44,613 bases of DNA from Escherichia phage YD-2008.s, in the sequence record NC_027383.1; one strand, 5' to 3'. Positions within the stretch are counted from its first letter, which is position 1; each line of letters starts with the position of its first letter. Of the stretch, positions 42,863-44,613 are shown one piece after another. The notes beneath the pieces are model-generated. The model saw only the letters and a list, made by a program, of their open reading frames with translations, ran no database searches and was not told the DNA's origin. Made by a program: the position numbers and the translations under genes.

Positions 42863-44613
42863 AAGACTTCGAACGCCTGTTTCTCGATACCGAGACATTT
42901 AGCGGGGTAGACCTGAAGAAAGTTGGCGCATACGCCTACGCAGAGCACCCGACAACCGAGATTATGATTTGCACCTACGCCATCGACGAGGGCCGCGTGC
43001 AGACATGGGATTGCACCGAGTCCCCAACAATGCCGCGTGAACTGCGCAAGGCGCTCCGCAGGGTATCCCGCAAGAAAGCAAAAATAGTGATGGCTAACGG
43101 CCTCCTGTTTGACCGCCTGGTCATTCGCGAGAAGTGGGGCATTGACCTGCCAGTGTGCCAGATCGAAGACACCATGATTATGGCCTTTCGACACGCGCTG
43201 CCGGGTGGCCTCGATATGCAGTGCCAGGTGTTGGGCGTTGACGCAGAGCACGCGAAGGATAAGGCGGGCAAGGCGCTGATCAAACGATTCTGTAAGCCAA
43301 CCCCTAAGACCTACAAAATCCGCCGCTACACGCGCGAGACGCACCCCGAGGAGTGGGCTAAATTCCTGCGCTATGCCGCGTTGGATATCATCGCTATGAG
43401 GGAAGTCTATTGGCGCATACCGGACTGGGGTAACACGCCGAAGGAAGACGAAATCCTGCTTATCGACCAGTTGATCAATGACCGCGGCTTCTATGTGGAC
43501 GTTGACCTGGCGCGCGCTGCGATCAAAGCGGTACAGGCGCATAAAGAAGAATTGAAGGAAGAAGCCTGGGAGCGCTTCGGCGGTAAGCTGACAGGCAATG
43601 ACTTCCTGCCAGCGCTGCGGGACCTCGCGCCTGCGTTCACAATCCACAACGCGCAGAAATCCACGCTTAACGACCTGCTGGAAGATCCAGACTTCCCCGA
43701 AGAGGGCAAAGTGCTTATCGAGATGCGCCTCGGTGCGTCATCCACGGCATCGACTAAGTACAATCCGCTCGTTAATGGCCTATCCGCCGATGGTCGCCGC
43801 CGTGGGTGTCTTCAGTATGGTGGGGCAAAGCGCACGCTACGCTGGGCCGGTAAAGGCTTCCAGCCGCAAAACCTGGCGCGTGGCGAGTATAGCGACGACC
43901 ACGAAGGGAAGATTAAACGCCGTGAAGGCGAGAGCGACGTCGCGTTTTGGGTGCGGTCGCACATGCTCACCAACGGCATCAACTCCCTGTTACGTGGGAC
44001 AGCGCACTGGGCGTATGACATATCGAAGCTAACGGCCTCGACCGTTCGCGGGTGCATTATTCCAGCGAAGGGTAAGAAGTTTGTCGTAGCGGACTATTCT
44101 AACGTGGAAGGGCGTGGCCTCGCCTGGATCGCTGGTGAGAAAACCGCGCTAATGGTGTTTAGGGCCGGTCGCGACATTTATTGTGAGACTGCCGGTAAGA
44201 TGTTCGGCCTTGACCCGGAATACATTAAAGCCAACCGCAAAGACCTACGCCAGATTGGTAAGGCGTGTGAGTTGGGACTTGGCTATGGCGGCGGCGTGGC
44301 TGCGTTCTTGCAGTTCGCTAAAAACCTGGGCCTCGACCTTTACGCGATGGCGGACGTAATGAAGGGCACATTCCCCGATCACATTTGGGCAGCGGCTAAA
44401 CGGGGTTATGAGTACGCCCGCATTAACGAAGCGAAGCGACCGCCGAAGCCTGGCAAGAAGGACGAGCGCCCGACTTACATACTGCCGAAAAACGTATGGC
44501 TTACGTGTGATGCGATTAAACGCATGTGGCGAGAGGCGCACCCGAAGACGGTAGCCTTTTGGGCCGAGCTTGAGGACGCGGTGTTGTGTGCAATCCGCAA
44601 TCCTGGCAAAGCG
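42859..44613 (+). CDS. DNA polymerase, family A (Pol I/T7-like), N-terminal 585 aa; runs off the window end
   Basis: 3'-5' exonuclease motif LFLDTETFS, polymerase motif A VVADYSNVEGR, motif B RQIGKACELGLGYGGG; no stop before base 44613. Confidence 0.85.
   Translation, partial: MKDFERLFLDTETFSGVDLKKVGAYAYAEHPTTEIMICTYAIDEGRVQTWDCTESPTMPRELRKALRRVSRKKAKIVMANGLLFDRLVIREKWGIDLPVCQIEDTMIMAFRHALPGGLDMQCQVLGVDAEHAKDKAGKALIKRFCKPTPKTYKIRRYTRETHPEEWAKFLRYAALDIIAMREVYWRIPDWGNTPKEDEILLIDQLINDRGFYVDVDLARAAIKAVQAHKEELKEEAWERFGGKLTGNDFLPALRDLAPAFTIHNAQKSTLNDLLEDPDFPEEGKVLIEMRLGASSTASTKYNPLVNGLSADGRRRGCLQYGGAKRTLRWAGKGFQPQNLARGEYSDDHEGKIKRREGESDVAFWVRSHMLTNGINSLLRGTAHWAYDISKLTASTVRGCIIPAKGKKFVVADYSNVEGRGLAWIAGEKTALMVFRAGRDIYCETAGKMFGLDPEYIKANRKDLRQIGKACELGLGYGGGVAAFLQFAKNLGLDLYAMADVMKGTFPDHIWAAAKRGYEYARINEAKRPPKPGKKDERPTYILPKNVWLTCDAIKRMWREAHPKTVAFWAELEDAVLCAIRNPGKA

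Noticed and set aside
42646-43647. 333-aa minus-strand ORF
   Set aside because: Antisense shadow of the DNA polymerase, whose motifs A/B and exonuclease motifs are clear on the plus strand.
1-44613. Integrase, repressor or attachment site (temperate prophage interpretation)
   Set aside because: No tyrosine/serine recombinase-like ORF, CI-like repressor or flanking host genes were recognised; the gene content looks like a virulent phage. This is based on motif reading only, not a search.
42859-44613. Intein or intron interrupting the polymerase
   Set aside because: Polymerase motifs occur in normal order with plausible spacing; the split is explained by the window boundary.

Overview
The window reads as an essentially complete, gene-dense (~44.6 kb) genome of a tailed dsDNA phage with siphovirus-type architecture and no recognisable host genes. 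A family A DNA polymerase is split across the window ends (N-terminal part 42859..44613, C-terminal part 2..523), which points to a circular or circularly permuted sequence. The plus strand (39104 through the window end to 6895) carries an early/replication module: acidic repeat protein, PD-(D/E)xK exonuclease, SSB-like protein, polymerase, VRR-NUC nuclease, SNF2-type helicase, a C5-cytosine and a Dam-like N6-adenine methyltransferase, a HAD phosphatase and several unknowns. The minus strand (38834 down to 6922) carries an HTH regulator, primase/helicase, a lysis cassette, an HTH-phosphoesterase fusion, terminase, portal, head morphogenesis, overlapping spanins, scaffold, major capsid, neck proteins, major tail protein, G/GT chaperone with a -1 frameshift, tape measure, lambda-like M/L/K/I/J and a tail fibre. 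Two opposite-strand islands with their own promoter and terminator interrupt the structural module (9115..9411 and 25196..26403). The most unusual signals are two homologous iteron-rich hairpin elements (19268..19650 and 35962..36135). All calls rest on motif recognition by eye; no database search was run, and taxonomic placement (possibly Jersey/Kagunavirus-like or similar ~44 kb enterobacterial siphoviruses) is unverified.
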